This document shows, one piece after another, positions 61,301-64,000 of a DNA stretch of 64,000 nt. Positions within the stretch are counted from its first letter, which is position 1; every line of letters begins with the position of its first letter. The translations under genes were made by a program, and so were the position numbers. The notes under the pieces were generated by a model. That model was given only the letters and a program-made list of their open reading frames with translations, had not been told where the DNA came from and did no database searches. The stretch comes from Tubiluchus corallicola (lineage: Eukaryota > Animalia > Priapulida): the NCBI GenBank assembly GCA_030141605.1, contig JAQGDQ010000553.1, positions 80,221 to 144,220 on the forward strand, written 5' to 3'.

Positions 61301-61708
61301 TTATGCTGTTATATATGTATATAATTATATATATATATATATATATATGTAATTAAAGTTTTTAAGCTGTTACAAGAGATTGCCAAATGATATTATTGTA
61401 TTATTCTTTATATCTGACAATTTTTAATTACAGTGTTCCCTGGAACGGAACACCCGCGATACGTGAATATATGTGCATTCATTTCACTCTGCATCTTTTT
61501 GCTGTCTTACCCTTATCTTCTTTTCTGAGGGTATCTTTAACTCTCTTCTCTTTGTTCTCCAAAGTCCGCCGAGCTGTATGAATTGCTCTATCAGAAAGAA
61601 ACCAAATATTCCACACAGTGCCACCAAACCTTTCCACACTGCATCGTATTTTGTACGATAGACGCCGTGTTCATCAATACCAGATTCTTGTGCATGAATG
61701 CCAAGAGC
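55240..61708 (-). CDS. LIV-1 subfamily ZIP zinc transporter (SLC39A10/SLC39A6/foi-like), 3' part; 5' exons beyond window
   Basis: Exons 61708-61511, 60860-60704, 57813-57697, 56684-56604, 55988-55801, 55392-55240, all phase-consistent. Motifs: [79 protein letters not shown]. Confidence 0.93.
55801..55988 (-). CDS. ZIP exon (TM6-7)
   Basis: [37 protein letters not shown]. Confidence 0.95.
56240..56419. mobile_element. PIF/Harbinger-type MITE (copy 1 of 4)
   Basis: TAA|AGTGGCGTTTAC...GTAAACGCCAGT|TAA; internal sequence shared with 60437-60643. Confidence 0.75.
56604..56684 (-). CDS. ZIP exon (TM5 HELPHE)
   Basis: [26 protein letters not shown], the LIV-1 signature. Confidence 0.95.
57697..57813 (-). 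CDS. ZIP exon (HGHSH, TM4 HNFSD)
   Basis: [28 protein letters not shown]. Confidence 0.93.
57855..58712 (-). mobile_element. Fragmented SINE (25515-25732 family) with nested insertions
   Basis: ACATAGTCC.GGATAACAC.TTAAGTAACT..GGTGGTCCCGATTATTATTA is shared; continues as CCCGCATGT at 58091; B-box plus ATACCAAAGACTTAAAAAATGG at 58668-58712. Confidence 0.55.
57955..58087. mobile_element. PIF/Harbinger-type MITE (copy 2, reverse orientation, nested in SINE)
   Basis: TTA|AGCGGCGTTTATGTAAC...GTTACATAAACACCATT|TAA. Confidence 0.7.
58761..59080 (+). mobile_element. Possible non-autonomous Helentron/HINE-like element
   Basis: Starts AACTAG in an A-tract; internal TGACCTTGAC motif; short ACGC/AGAC microrepeat near the 3' end. 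Confidence 0.35.
60240..60433. mobile_element. PIF/Harbinger-type MITE (copy 3)
   Basis: TAA|AACTGCGTTTAC..ATCCGGAATGCG...CGCATTCC.AGCAAACGCCGCT|TAA. Confidence 0.7.
60437..60643. mobile_element. PIF/Harbinger-type MITE (copy 4)
   Basis: Perfect 22-bp TIR AGTGGCGTTTATGTAGCATCCG / CGGATGCTACATAAACGCCACT, TAA on both sides. Confidence 0.8.
60704..60860 (-). CDS. ZIP exon (cytoplasmic loop)
   Basis: Acceptor ttttacag; [12 protein letters not shown]..; G|gtaaat donor; phases 0-1 fit both neighbours. Confidence 0.75.
61511..61708 (-). CDS. ZIP exon (TM3)
   Basis: Acceptor tttag; [28 protein letters not shown]; donor gtaag. Confidence 0.88.
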
Positions 61709-62315
61709 CTAAACGTAAAGTTATTACAAATTTAACTTAAGAAAATCCGAAAATTATATATTGAAGAATTTGACCACATTTATGCCACATTTCATCTGTA
61801 AATGAATGAGTTTTTTCAACGCTGATTTAAATTATTTTTGCTGTTCTCTTCTTACTTTGCTTTTGCTTTCAGGCATGTCATGATCACGTGCAAATATGGA
61901 GTTCAGATAAAAACTTTGACCGAACAGTTTATTTATGGTGTATTTCTGCTTAGCAATCATATTAACGCCTTTAGGTGCGTTGTTGAAAGTTAGGCAACAC
62001 TGTACCTTTATCTGTATATAGGTGGCCAACCACTTGAATATTTTAATAGTGCTTTAATAATACTTAAAAGTGCCCGACTTTGTTCAATTTTTGTTACACA
62101 TGTTTAACTGTTATGTATGGAATTGAAATTACAATTGAACTTGGCATTGAACCCCAGTCTCCAAACGTTTTAAATCGACAGCATTTGAGCATCATTGGAT
62201 AAGCTTTACAAGAATGCGTCTTCAGACACATCGGTTGCGAATAGAAATAAGTAGATGGGCGCGACAGCCAAGAGAAAATAGGTTATGTCCTTGCTGGGAC
62301 ATTCAAACTGAGAAC

Positions 62316-64000
62316 ATCTAATATTAGAAACCGCTACGATAATGTAACCTTTGCTGATTTAACTCACTTCTCTGAGCACCCTAATTCGTACATAATATGT
62401 CATGAAATTTTTCATATTTTATGCTGACTTGTTAATTAGTATGAAATGAATTATATATATGGTGTAATTTCAGTTCTGCATATAGGCGTTTCGCTATAGA
62501 TTTACCACCGTGTTCTTTAAAAAATTTAAATAGTACCTTGTAGGCATAACGCTGTGTTAAATGTTGTAACATTGAGTAGAAAATGTGCGCAAAGTGACAT
62601 TTAGACAAAAATCACTAATGTACAGATTGTGGCATTTACCTCGTTGTTCATGTATAGATATAATTTGATTTCATCGATAAATTACATGCATATATATACG
62701 TACATATGTTATTTGTTTGTATTCTAAAAAATTCACCTGTTGCTTGATACTATATCTTCTTCGTCACTGACTAATAATACTGTGCAACCAAAGAACTTTG
62801 TTAATTGTTTTCTTTTCATGAGTTTATGTACACACATCAAGTAGCTTATTTCAAAAATGCTGTGTGACGTACGTGACGTCAGTCTGGAATATAAGAACTA
62901 CTGTACCCTTTGGTGTGTCAGTACCCTTTAATCACTTTCTGTCGTCACAGTAATTAAGTCTTGACTTCGACTGCTAATAAATGTTCGTCGGAAGCCATAT
63001 TCGACGACTTCACTGGCTTAGCACGTTCGAAACTCTGTGTTGAACCAGGTTTCAATTTCTAGAACAGGTAAAACTGGATGACCTTGTCCTTTAACAAGAC
63101 GATTTATTGGCTAGATAGCCTATTCAGTTGAGCGTATGACCAATCACTTTTTTTCTTGTAAAGGAGATCTAGGGACAGGTATGAGGTGGGACCCTTCTCA
63201 GAGCTAGCTAGGTGCATGCTCATATAAGTACAGTCACAACTTGCTTTATTGTAGTAGATAAATTCGCTTAATGAGCAATTAACTAATGACTCATTCAATT
63301 AACATAAGCAGTTAGCTAAATTAAGCTATTAATGCAGCCTAAGTATGGGACATACACAAAATGATACTAGAATACCGTTCAACTATATTGAAAGGGGTTG
63401 CAATGCTCTTCGGTAGTTCTTATATTCCAGACTGACGTCACGTACGTCACACAGCATTTTTGAAATAAGCTACTTGATGTGTGTACATAAACTCATGAAA
63501 AGAAAACAATTAACAAAGTTCTTTGGTTGCACAGTATTATTAGTCAGTGACGAAGAAGATATAGTATCAAGCAACAGGTGAATTTTTTAGAATACAAACA
63601 AATAACATATGTACGTATATATATATGCATGTAATTTATCGATGAAATCAAATTATATCTATACATGAACAACGAGGTAAATGCCACAATCTGTACATTA
63701 GTGATTTTTGTCTAAATGTCACTTTGCGCACATTTTCTACTCAATGTTACAACATTTAACACAGCGTTATGCCTACAAGGTACTATTTAAATTTTTTAAA
63801 GAACACGGTGGTAAATCTATAGCGAAACGCCTATATGCAGAACTGAAATTACACCATATATATAATTCATTTCATACTAATTAACAAGTCAGCATAAAAT
63901 ATGAAAAATTTCATGACATATTATGTACGAATTAGGGTGCTCAGAGAAGTGAGTTAAATCAGCAAAGGTTACATTATCGTAGCGGTTTCTAATATTAGAT
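62316..64000. mobile_element. Long-TIR foldback element (arms >=586 bp, 511-bp spacer), right arm runs off window
   Basis: 62316-62901 is the reverse complement of 63413-64000; the only difference I saw is a 2-nt (TA)n length change. Confidence 0.9.

Overview
AT-rich, intron-containing animal genomic DNA, probably an invertebrate (possibly a lophotrochozoan, by inference only). I reconstructed four spliced genes by hand from GT-AG junctions with consistent phases. (1) The 3' part of a SETD1/Set1 H3K4 methyltransferase (+, <1-12465). (2) A complete TBC1D10-family Rab-GAP (-, 44842-17862) with a 15.6 kb first coding intron and a ~1100-aa Ser/Pro-rich tail. (3) A divergently transcribed two-exon gene (+, 45770-52313) encoding a Castor-like zinc finger, methyl-CpG-binding domain (MBD), PHD finger, F-box and LRRs. 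This resembles FBXL19/KDM2 but with an MBD in place of the CXXC domain. (4) The 3' part of a LIV-1-type ZIP zinc transporter (-, >61708-55240). The introns hold many small elements: hAT-, Tc1/pogo- and PIF/Harbinger-type MITEs, tRNA-derived SINEs, a LINE remnant, a >586-bp near-perfect inverted repeat, and a foldback family carrying minimal hammerhead-ribozyme-like cores with a compensatory stem change. The best candidates for new biology are the MBD-PHD-F-box-LRR protein, a possible methyl-DNA-targeted SCF ubiquitin ligase, and the hammerhead-bearing foldback elements.
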